Notes under the pieces: model-generated
Seen by the model: the letters and a program-made list of their open reading frames with translations, nothing else
Database searches by the model: none
What the model was told of the DNA's origin: nothing
Translations under genes and position numbers: made by a program
Shown: piece after piece, positions 9,167 to 17,594 of the stretch
How the letters are laid out: each line of letters starts with the position of its first letter
Position numbering within the stretch: the first letter of the stretch is position 1
Sequence record: PV805638.1
DNA: 64,000 nucleotides
Strand: one strand, 5' to 3'
DNA from: a phage

Positions 9167-9399
9167 AACGCTTAGCTATCCAAGCAATGATTGTAAGTAT
9201 CATCCTGGTTCTGGAATTTGTATTTGCACTACATGGTGCACAGAGCCTGGAAGAGATGTTTTTCGTAGTAGCTCGTTTCTCTGCGTGTGTTCTTGGCTTA
9301 TGGTGTGTGTATTACTATGCACGCGACTATGTAGCTATCAAGGAACATGATGATGCTAAGGAACGTCTACGACAATTCGTAGAAGAGAATCGTAAGTAA
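9163..9399 (+). CDS. Small membrane protein
   Basis: 78 aa with two hydrophobic helices. Confidence 0.35.
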   Translation: MKRLAIQAMIVSIILVLEFVFALHGAQSLEEMFFVVARFSACVLGLWCVYYYARDYVAIKEHDDAKERLRQFVEENRK

Positions 9400-9404
9400 A
9401 CCTA

Positions 9405-9431
9405 AGACCTCCTCCGGGAGGTCTTTTTTTG
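9405..9431 (+). terminator. Rho-independent terminator
   Basis: agacctcc-tccg-ggaggtct hairpin followed by tttttt. Confidence 0.6.
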
Positions 9432-9458
9432 GTTTCACTTACTGTCCCAGGAGGACTT

Positions 9459-9683
9459 ATGGCTAGTTGGTATGCAACTATGTTGGAGAAAGATTCCAAT
9501 GGACTATACAGGGAATCCGTCGGTAGTTTTAAAAACATCTGTATAGATGGGCGTTTATGCACGATTAACGCAGTAGATATTGCAGAAGAAACCCTGTCTA
9601 AAGAATCAGGATATGCAGGGTTTAAGCTGGAAAAACTTAATAAAGCCTGGAATTACAGAAATCCTTTTATTTATAAAAAATAA
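9459..9683 (+). CDS. Hypothetical protein
   Basis: GGAGGA RBS 6 nt before the ATG at 9459; the ORF-track start at 9429 lies in the terminator. Confidence 0.3.
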   Translation: MASWYATMLEKDSNGLYRESVGSFKNICIDGRLCTINAVDIAEETLSKESGYAGFKLEKLNKAWNYRNPFIYKK

Positions 9684-9692
9684 GGAAACAAT

Positions 9693-9905
9693 ATGCCTGC
9701 TAAATACCGTATCAAAGACACACCTTTAATGTGTGAGGGTGAGAAGGGTGACATTGTATATGCCTGTATCCAGGATGATTTCAATGCTGCTCTGATGTTA
9801 ACCCAAATGACAAACACACTGCATGTATCAGTAACACTGGACCCTACCGGTGACTATCCATGCTTCCCTATCCCTGCTCATAACCTGGAGCAAATCCATG
9901 ATTAA
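9693..9905 (+). CDS. Hypothetical protein
   Basis: 70-aa ORF with AAGGA RBS. Confidence 0.3.
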   Translation: MPAKYRIKDTPLMCEGEKGDIVYACIQDDFNAALMLTQMTNTLHVSVTLDPTGDYPCFPIPAHNLEQIHD

Positions 9906-10206
9906 TCCTGAAGTTATTCATAGTAAAACTGGTAAAGCTGTTCCACTTAGCGATATTGCAGTTACCGGTGATATTGCTGCTTGTCCAGCTAATATCGCTT
10001 CCCTGTGTATGTGCATTGCTGCACTGGCAGAGGAACGTAAATTATGGCTGGAACCAAGCAAAGAAATGGTACTGGCTGGTATGTCTGAACTGAATGCACT
10101 TCTGAAAGAAATGTATGACGAGAATGGTCAATTAGTTGAACCAACTGATGACCAAATTTCAGACGCTGTAGTATTTGTCCTTCAAGCAATGGCAAGTAAA
10201 CGTTAA
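9898..10206 (+). CDS. Hypothetical protein
   Basis: In-frame ATG at 9898 overlapping the previous stop (ATGATTAA) is the preferred start. Confidence 0.3.
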   Translation: MINPEVIHSKTGKAVPLSDIAVTGDIAACPANIASLCMCIAALAEERKLWLEPSKEMVLAGMSELNALLKEMYDENGQLVEPTDDQISDAVVFVLQAMASKR

Positions 10207-10246
10207 TAAATATTAAGAAGCAACATTTAATCTGGAGAGTAAATAA

Positions 10247-12811
10247 ATGTTAGTCGCAGATTCCAATCAATCAGCCACTTCAGCGACACTGGGTGGCAAA
10301 GAAGCAATCGCCTTTGGCATCTCTGATGACCCGGCATTCTTTCACGTATTAAGTACTTCCTTATATAACAACCCTACACTGGCAGTAGTCCGTGAGACTA
10401 TCTGTAATAGTTGGGATGCTCATATTGAAGCAGGTAAGACTGATACTCCTATCCGTATCACTATTGATACTGACAATTTTATTACCTTCCGTGACTTCGG
10501 TAACGGGATACCAGATGAACTCATTGGTTCCATTTATGGCGTCTATGGTGCATCTACCAAGAAGTCCAACAGTAGTGTTACTGGTGGCTTTGGCCTGGGA
10601 TGTAAATCCCCATTCGCTTATACAGATAGCTTCCAGGTTACTTCATGGAACCAGGGAAAGATGTCGGTATATAACGTAGCTAAGGCTGCAATTGAGAATG
10701 ATGGTAAACCGGGTATTGTTCCTATCGTTACTGGTATTCCTACTAAGGAATCTGGTCTGGAAGTTAAATTCCAGCTAGGTAAACATGATGTGAATACCTT
10801 TGTGCATTACATCACGTCAATTGTATTTAACGGTGAAATTAAGGCTGAGCTTAGTCTTCCCAAACTTGTTCGTGAAGAAACGGGTAATAGTATTCAGCAG
10901 GGTAACTATACTCTACTGAATACACTAGGTATGTCATTTGAACCTGGTTCATATGATATGTCTGATAGATGGTATCAAGGATATATGAGTAGCAGTAACA
11001 TCTTTGTTCGCTACGGTAACGTAATGTACCCAATAGTATCTAGCCCGGCTAGTGAAGAAGCTGTAGGTCTTATTCTCAACTTCATGAATATCATTGGAGC
11101 TGATAATTTAGTAGTTCAGGCTGCACCAAATACACTAGCGATTGCTCCTAGTCGTGAAACTCTGTCTAACCAGAAGTTAACCGACGACGGCATTACTGCT
11201 CTATGTGTAGACTTAGTAGACCGTATGGAGAAAGAGATTAAGGCTAAGATTCCTGAAGCTATTAAGCAGATTGAAGAATATGCCTCCCAATCTTCTACTC
11301 GTTACTGGGAATATCCATCTTTCTTGGGTGCTGTTACATACAGAACTGTTCAACGCTATATGTCCTCTAGCTTGTGGGCTAAGCAACGTAAGCATCATAT
11401 TAAGCACTGGCGTAATCTATCCAATAAGGCATTACTAGCTCGCCCTGAATATGCAGGTCTTAAGAGAATGTATGGTAAGGCTATGCGTGCTCTTAAGGAT
11501 ACCCGTAAAGATAGTACCAACCATTCTTTCCAGGATTTGGTATATCGACATCTGCACTTACCTCAGCTTGCTGCTTTAAAAGCTACTGGTGTTAAGTGGT
11601 CTGGTTACATAATGAACCAGGGTAACAGTGTTGGCCTGGTAAAAGGTAAACTTACTGACTACTTTAAGATGGGCTATAACTCCCACCTAGGTATCGGTAT
11701 ATTCACTACCAAGAACGTTGTAGTTACCCGACGTTTCTCTGACTGTGCAGACTCTTTCTCATACTTCCCAGAGTACAACCGAGGTGACCTGGAGCGTACA
11801 GCTTTTGTTCACGTCGTTGGTCCTAAGAAGGGAGAAGCAGAAAAAGCTGTAGCTAAGTTCACTGCTATGGGTTATCGGGTAATTGACCTTACTCAATATA
11901 ATGAGTGGGACAAGCCAACTAACTTCCGCAGGGAACAAGCTAAGTTAGCTGCCGAGAAGCGTGCTAAGACAATAGCTGCCAATAAAACCAAAGTAAGCGG
12001 TAAAACTAATGCACTGGTTTCATTGAATGCAGTACTTGGTACTACTCTTGTACGAGATAAAAGTGGTGATTTGGTAACTAAACCGGTCATTGACAAGGCT
12101 TTTGCTGACCCAGCACGCCATGAGAAGTATGGTTTCGTCGAAGTAGAACAGCCTAAGTACTACGTACCAGCCAGTCAGGTTGTTTCTGGTAGACCAGAAA
12201 CTGCCAAGATTGGAACCATGTGGAAATGGTATGAACTGTCTGATGAGATGAAAGCAGGAACTGTTGTCTGTCGTAATCAAATCGAAGTTAACAAAGCCAA
12301 ACGTCGTGGGGCTATTCACATTGACGATATTCGTCTTAATGAATTGATGTCTGTTATTACCAGCAAGGGATTCAAGAAGTACGCCACTGAACAACGTAAT
12401 GGTGTTCTTGAGTATCTTGATTTAAATGACAAAGAGTACTGTGAAATCCTCGATATTCTTGGACTAACATTCAAACCATTACAGAGTCTGGTTCTTAAAC
12501 CAGAGTATGAATGGGCATGTAACTTCCTAAGAAATCATTCAAGTAACAAAGATAAACTGGTTGAGATGGGCCTCATTAAGTCAGTAGATGACTTGGAACC
12601 ATATGTAAAGATGGTTAATCCTCGTATGCATAAGCATTTCAAAGTACTTAACGAGTACAAAGGGTTATTTAGATATAGCTGGAATGATAATGACATCCTG
12701 CAAAGCCTGGATTTGAGTAGATTAATCAAACATCTCAAGAAAAATCCGGAGGATATTCCTGGATTTAAGTCCCTCTACCGTAATCGTCTAAATAAACTGA
12801 AAGGTAACTAA
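10247..12811 (+). CDS. rIIA: rIIA-like protein with GHKL-type ATPase domain
   Basis: N-terminal GHKL motifs: 'NSWDAH' (N-box), 'DFGNGI' (G1), 'GGFGLGCKS' (G2); size and position as in N4-like phages. Confidence 0.55.
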   Translation: MLVADSNQSATSATLGGKEAIAFGISDDPAFFHVLSTSLYNNPTLAVVRETICNSWDAHIEAGKTDTPIRITIDTDNFITFRDFGNGIPDELIGSIYGVYGASTKKSNSSVTGGFGLGCKSPFAYTDSFQVTSWNQGKMSVYNVAKAAIENDGKPGIVPIVTGIPTKESGLEVKFQLGKHDVNTFVHYITSIVFNGEIKAELSLPKLVREETGNSIQQGNYTLLNTLGMSFEPGSYDMSDRWYQGYMSSSNIFVRYGNVMYPIVSSPASEEAVGLILNFMNIIGADNLVVQAAPNTLAIAPSRETLSNQKLTDDGITALCVDLVDRMEKEIKAKIPEAIKQIEEYASQSSTRYWEYPSFLGAVTYRTVQRYMSSSLWAKQRKHHIKHWRNLSNKALLARPEYAGLKRMYGKAMRALKDTRKDSTNHSFQDLVYRHLHLPQLAALKATGVKWSGYIMNQGNSVGLVKGKLTDYFKMGYNSHLGIGIFTTKNVVVTRRFSDCADSFSYFPEYNRGDLERTAFVHVVGPKKGEAEKAVAKFTAMGYRVIDLTQYNEWDKPTNFRREQAKLAAEKRAKTIAANKTKVSGKTNALVSLNAVLGTTLVRDKSGDLVTKPVIDKAFADPARHEKYGFVEVEQPKYYVPASQVVSGRPETAKIGTMWKWYELSDEMKAGTVVCRNQIEVNKAKRRGAIHIDDIRLNELMSVITSKGFKKYATEQRNGVLEYLDLNDKEYCEILDILGLTFKPLQSLVLKPEYEWACNFLRNHSSNKDKLVEMGLIKSVDDLEPYVKMVNPRMHKHFKVLNEYKGLFRYSWNDNDILQSLDLSRLIKHLKKNPEDIPGFKSLYRNRLNKLKGN

Positions 12812-12815
12812 TCTG

Positions 12816-14867
12816 ATGAAAATCGAACTGATTTCTATCATCGCACTGGCAGTTGACAGTCGTAACCTTACACTGTGGAAGCCAGATGGCTCTACGGTTG
12901 TATACCCTCAGAGCGACCCACGGGTTGCTCGTATTGTATCTGAAGCACAGACTAAAGGTCTGGGCACTACCCAGGATCAAATAGAAGTAAACATTGCACC
13001 AGAAGTAGAACTTCGTACTGAATACCTGGAAGCAGAGAAAAACACCAACGGATTCGTTCGTTTCTTTAAGGTAGCTAAAGCTAAACTCAAAGAGTTCTTC
13101 GAAGATGGTACGGGTGTTTCACCAGCCCGTATCGTCTCAGATATTAAGCTAGGTAATCCTACTAAGACGCTGGTGTCTAAAGCTATGGATACCTACCTGG
13201 CTATTCAGGCTAATGAACCAGAAGTAACAGTAGCAGATGGTTACTACGACAAACGTGACAATCTGATGTGGGTTACTGGTTGGGATAAAGACCATAACCA
13301 TCTTGCACTGGTTCGTTTTATTAACGACGTACTTTGTTGGAGTCATAAGCATACTGATCATATTCTTGCACAGGAGTGGCCTATTGCAATTCGTGCAGTA
13401 TCCGATGATGAAATGGGTGAGTTTGCTAAACAAGCCCAATACATCAAAGGTGTACACATTGTATTTACCAACCGTGGGGAAACACCACTGCCTTATGTGG
13501 AAGTGGTTAAAACTACGAACCAGGATAAGCTGGCTGCTGCTTCAGAGAAGCTGGCTGCATTAGGTGCTATCAGTACCGATGATGCTAACTTCCATACTGA
13601 TGTGAAGGAAGACGAGGTGGTTGTTGCTGTTACCAATAGTGGGGTTATCCCTGGAGTTGAGAACCTGCAACGTCATCTACGTCAGTCTGCCAAGCTGAAA
13701 GACTATAAGGGCTTTACCAAGTTCCTTGAGCGTCTGGCTCCGGTTATCAAAGACCGTCTGCACTCAGTGGAAGACCTGATGAAGTTCATGGAAACTGCTG
13801 AACTGCCTATCGCTGATGATGGCTCCATCCTGTTTCTGAAACGACTTAAGATCAAAGGCGAAGAAAATGGTAAACGTGTATTCGTTGACTGTCACTCAGG
13901 CAACATCCGTCAATGGGTAGGCTGTAAAGTACAGGTACGAGAAGACCTGGTAGACCCTGACCGTCGTCGGGACTGCTCCAATGGCCTGCACGTAGCATCC
14001 ATGAGCTACATCCGCACCTTCGGTGGTAACGTAACTATCCTAGGTAAAGTAGCACCAGAAGATGTATTTGCTGTTCCTGAGTACAACACTAATAAGATGC
14101 GTGTAGCTGCGTATCACATTATTGCTGAACTACCGGAAGAGGAACGTTGCAACGTTAACAATGGTATCTATCTGTCTAATACAGAAGTAGGTAAGAAGTT
14201 ACTTAATGATGCCATCGTTGGGAACCATAGTTCACCTACCACACTTGTTATGGTTGGCGGACATCGTGGCACTAACCTCAAATACACCAATCTATCATCT
14301 GGTTCCGTAGAACAATTCCGTACAGTTGCTAATAAAGAGGCACTGAATATGGAAGAGTCACTGAATGAAGCTTTAGCTGCTGAACCAGTGAAGGCTACTG
14401 ACCTTAAACCTATTGTTAATAAGGCTCCTACCGTGAAAGAACAAATCCAGGAACTGATTAAAGAGTTCCTTAACGCAACTACTCCGGAAGATAAATTAGC
14501 TGCTGCTGACTTACTTGTGGAAATGCGAGGTAAGGCTCGTAAGCCATGGGCTGCTTTAGGTGTTGGTTCTGATGTGGTGGCTAAGATTGCTGATGTACGT
14601 ACAACCTACACAGCTAAACCTATTGGCAAACCAAAACCAGTGAAGCAAGCTAAGGTTCATCGCTCGGCTACTGCCACTAAGGTAGCACCGTCAGGTAAAC
14701 ACGCTGATAACCTGCGTAGCATCCTGAACGATACGTCCTACTCTGACTATCAGAAAGGTCATGCTCTGCAAGACTATAAGCGTCATGCTAAGAAGTCATT
14801 CACTGCAATGGGACTGACAGAAGAAGAAGCTAAGTTGGCTACCAAGCTGGTCAAGGCCGTTAAGTAA
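12816..14867 (+). CDS. rIIB: rIIB-like protein
   Basis: Large ORF immediately downstream of rIIA-like; assigned by synteny only. Confidence 0.35.
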   Translation: MKIELISIIALAVDSRNLTLWKPDGSTVVYPQSDPRVARIVSEAQTKGLGTTQDQIEVNIAPEVELRTEYLEAEKNTNGFVRFFKVAKAKLKEFFEDGTGVSPARIVSDIKLGNPTKTLVSKAMDTYLAIQANEPEVTVADGYYDKRDNLMWVTGWDKDHNHLALVRFINDVLCWSHKHTDHILAQEWPIAIRAVSDDEMGEFAKQAQYIKGVHIVFTNRGETPLPYVEVVKTTNQDKLAAASEKLAALGAISTDDANFHTDVKEDEVVVAVTNSGVIPGVENLQRHLRQSAKLKDYKGFTKFLERLAPVIKDRLHSVEDLMKFMETAELPIADDGSILFLKRLKIKGEENGKRVFVDCHSGNIRQWVGCKVQVREDLVDPDRRRDCSNGLHVASMSYIRTFGGNVTILGKVAPEDVFAVPEYNTNKMRVAAYHIIAELPEEERCNVNNGIYLSNTEVGKKLLNDAIVGNHSSPTTLVMVGGHRGTNLKYTNLSSGSVEQFRTVANKEALNMEESLNEALAAEPVKATDLKPIVNKAPTVKEQIQELIKEFLNATTPEDKLAAADLLVEMRGKARKPWAALGVGSDVVAKIADVRTTYTAKPIGKPKPVKQAKVHRSATATKVAPSGKHADNLRSILNDTSYSDYQKGHALQDYKRHAKKSFTAMGLTEEEAKLATKLVKAVK

Positions 14868-14929
14868 TAGCCTGTTCAAATGCCCTCACTTATAATAAAG
14901 TGAGGGTAAATTTGAAGAGGAAATGTACT

Positions 14930-15325
14930 ATGAGTTCTGTATACAGAGTTAATCGCAAAGCAACTGATGAAGACATCATTCGTATGAATGCTGTTGGTCT
15001 GTCCCTCGCAACTATCGCTAAGACGTTAGGGGTTCACCCCACTACGGTTACTCTGCGATTGCGTTCTTTAAACATTGAACCTGCCGACACACGTCGGACG
15101 TTCATGGAGAATGTACTCCGTCCATTACCAACCCATGTGGTAGATTGGCTATCAGAGCAAGTTGGTCCTGCTTATGAGATTCGTTCATATGTAAGGGACT
15201 TGATTCTGGAGGCATATAATAATCGCCACCTTAACCAAGAGAGTGAGCATGACAAGTTCATCCGTTTGTACGCTGGAAAACACACGGCAATGGTTTCTAA
15301 AAGCCGTACCGAATCCGACGAGTAA
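14930..15325 (+). CDS. Helix-turn-helix DNA-binding protein
   Basis: 'GLSLATIAKTLGVHPTTVTLRL' HTH; AGAGGA RBS before the ATG at 14930. The ORF-track GTG at 14900 lies in an upstream hairpin. Confidence 0.45.
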   Translation: MSSVYRVNRKATDEDIIRMNAVGLSLATIAKTLGVHPTTVTLRLRSLNIEPADTRRTFMENVLRPLPTHVVDWLSEQVGPAYEIRSYVRDLILEAYNNRHLNQESEHDKFIRLYAGKHTAMVSKSRTESDE

Positions 15326-15701
15326 GAATATTAGTACCCAGATTGGTTGCCATCTGGAAGAAGTAGCAGAAATGCTAAACGCTATTACCAGTAAAACACC
15401 AGAGCGTGCCTCACAGATCGAGGCACTACGTGCAGCAATTGACCATGTGGGTAATCTGCTTAAAAAAGATAACAATATTGTTATCAAAGACTCAGTAGAA
15501 CTACTGGACTCACTGGCAGATCAGATCGTTACAGCAACTGGCGTCGGTACTTTCCTTGGGATGAATGTCCCTGGAGCATTGGCTGAGGTCAATCGCTCAA
15601 ACTATTCCAAGTTCGAAGATGGAGAACCTATCTTCAACGAGAACAAGAAAGTCATGAAGGGGAAAGATTATACTCCCCCGGATTTAACACCTTACATCTA
15701 A
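15243..15701 (+). CDS. MazG-like nucleotide pyrophosphohydrolase; start uncertain
   Basis: 'HLEEVAEML' and 'ELLDSLADQ' fit the MazG EExxE...ExxD pattern. The only ATG overlaps the upstream gene by about 80 nt. Confidence 0.4.
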   Translation: MSMTSSSVCTLENTRQWFLKAVPNPTSKNISTQIGCHLEEVAEMLNAITSKTPERASQIEALRAAIDHVGNLLKKDNNIVIKDSVELLDSLADQIVTATGVGTFLGMNVPGALAEVNRSNYSKFEDGEPIFNENKKVMKGKDYTPPDLTPYI

Positions 15702-15722
15702 CCCTCTACGGAGGGTTTTTTA
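15702..15722 (+). terminator. Rho-independent terminator
   Basis: ccctc-tacg-gaggg hairpin followed by tttttt. Confidence 0.55.
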
Positions 15723-15734
15723 CTGGAGATTTAA

Positions 15735-17044
15735 ATGTTTTCCAAACCTACCAAAGCCCCATTGAACCAGGGGCAAGAAGCGGTTGCGAAGGAGTTCTTC
15801 GACTTCCTGCTCGACCCTAATGCCACAGAGTTCGGAATCAGTGGACCTGGGGGGACTGGTAAGACATTCCTGATGTCGCACCTAATTGATGACACTATGC
15901 CTGCGTATATGGAAACCTGTTCTCTGATGGGAACCAAGCCTCTGTATAACGAAGTTGTCATGACTGCGACCACGAACAAAGCTGCTGAAGTTCTGGCTCA
16001 AGCTACTGGGCGTCCAACGTCTACCTATCACTCCTTCCAGGGACTGATTGTTAAGAATGACTTTAAGACTGGTGAGGCTAATGTCGTACCGTCTAAGTCA
16101 TTCTCTATTAAGAAGAACAAAATCATCTTCGTAGACGAAGCATCCATGATTGACCGTCAGTTACTTAGGTATGCTCGTGAAGGTACTCACCAGTGCAAAC
16201 TGGTATTCGTAGGCGATGCTTCTCAGCTTCTACCTGTTAAAGAGAGTAAGTCTCCAGTGTACGCAGGTAATATCCCAACACACTATCTGACTGAACAGAT
16301 GCGTACCGATTCACCAGACTCAAAGCGTTGCATCAGCAATTGCGTGATACGGTGGAAGGTAAGACAGGCTTCCTGCCTATTAAATGTATTCCAGGCATTA
16401 TTGACTGGGTGCAAGGGGAAGAGATGGAGAAACTGGTTCTCAGTCACTTCACTCAGCCTACCAATAGCCGTATTGTTGCTTACACCAATGACCAGGTTAT
16501 TAATTACAATAACTACATTCGTGAAGCTAATGGCTACGTAGGTGAATACTCCATTGGTGAACAACTAGTTTCTAACTCAGCTGTTCGCTTGGGCGGGGAA
16601 GACCGTCTGTCTATTGAGCAGGACGTAAAACTCATCGACCAGGATAGTAGTACTCGAATGATTAAGGTTACAGGTGACCTGGAACTGGAAGTCCGTGATA
16701 GTACTCTAGACCTTGGTTATGGTGGTATTGTTAGTGAAGTACCAATTCCTACCGACCCAGACTACTTCAACCGTTTGGTTAAGTGGTTAGGTAAAGAGAA
16801 GAACTGGGAACCTTACTTCCGTCTTAAAGAAACTATTCCAGACCTGCGTGCTACTCATGCATGTACTGTTCATAAATCACAAGGCTCTACTTACGACACA
16901 ATCTTCATTGATGCAGATGACCTCTCAAGCTGTCGCCAACCTGATATGGTTGCCCGTCTGCTTTACGTCGCTGTGTCTCGTGCCCGTAAGCGAGTAGTGT
17001 TCTATGGCAATCTTGCCAGTAAGTACGGTGGCCTAACTTTCTAA
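15735..17044 (+). CDS. Dda/RecD-like SF1 helicase, interrupted by a 1-nt frameshift near 16320-16325
   Basis: Walker A 'GPGGTGKTFLM', Walker B 'IIFVDEASMI' and 'VGDASQLLPV' in frame 0; 'CTVHKSQGSTYDTIFID' and 'VAVSRARKRV' in the overlapping ORF 16328-17044. Frames meet at the A-run 'tcaaagcg'. Confidence 0.6.
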
Positions 17045-17054
17045 GGGAGGGTAT

Positions 17055-17585
17055 ATGCCTCAGATTGGTTCAGCGACTATTGGTCAGGTTGCCAATAGCA
17101 GTGAGATAGTCAAACACCTGTTCTTAGCAGAACTGGTTCGTCTTGATGGTGTGTTAAATGGCATTATTGATAAGAATGATCGTATCAATGGCGTAGACGT
17201 ATCGGCTGGATTCCTTCACCAAGGGGAGTTCTATCAGCGTTCCAATGCTACCAGACCCCCAACCTACGGTGAGCGATTAACGCTTAATCCAGAACTTTGG
17301 CCTGCAATGGACAAGTATCTGAAAGCCTCCAGTCGTCTGATTATGGAAGTACACCTTGTGAACCAGACTGTATATCGACTGGTTCGTGGTTGTATGTCCT
17401 ATCAGGATGTACGTGATGCTCTACCTGAATGTCTGGTAGCACAAGACCAGACTGGTCAGTACAAAGGACTACCACGTACTCGTGAAGCAGCATGGACTCT
17501 TGCTGGTGATGCTATGGCAATCAAACAGTATGAGAAGATTCTTCCTTCTATTGAGTACTATGCAGCTTCACATCTGATCTTCTAA
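17055..17585 (+). CDS. Hypothetical protein
   Basis: 176-aa ORF between helicase and polymerase, GGAGGG RBS. Confidence 0.35.
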   Translation: MPQIGSATIGQVANSSEIVKHLFLAELVRLDGVLNGIIDKNDRINGVDVSAGFLHQGEFYQRSNATRPPTYGERLTLNPELWPAMDKYLKASSRLIMEVHLVNQTVYRLVRGCMSYQDVRDALPECLVAQDQTGQYKGLPRTREAAWTLAGDAMAIKQYEKILPSIEYYAASHLIF

Positions 17586-17594
17586 GGTAAAGCT

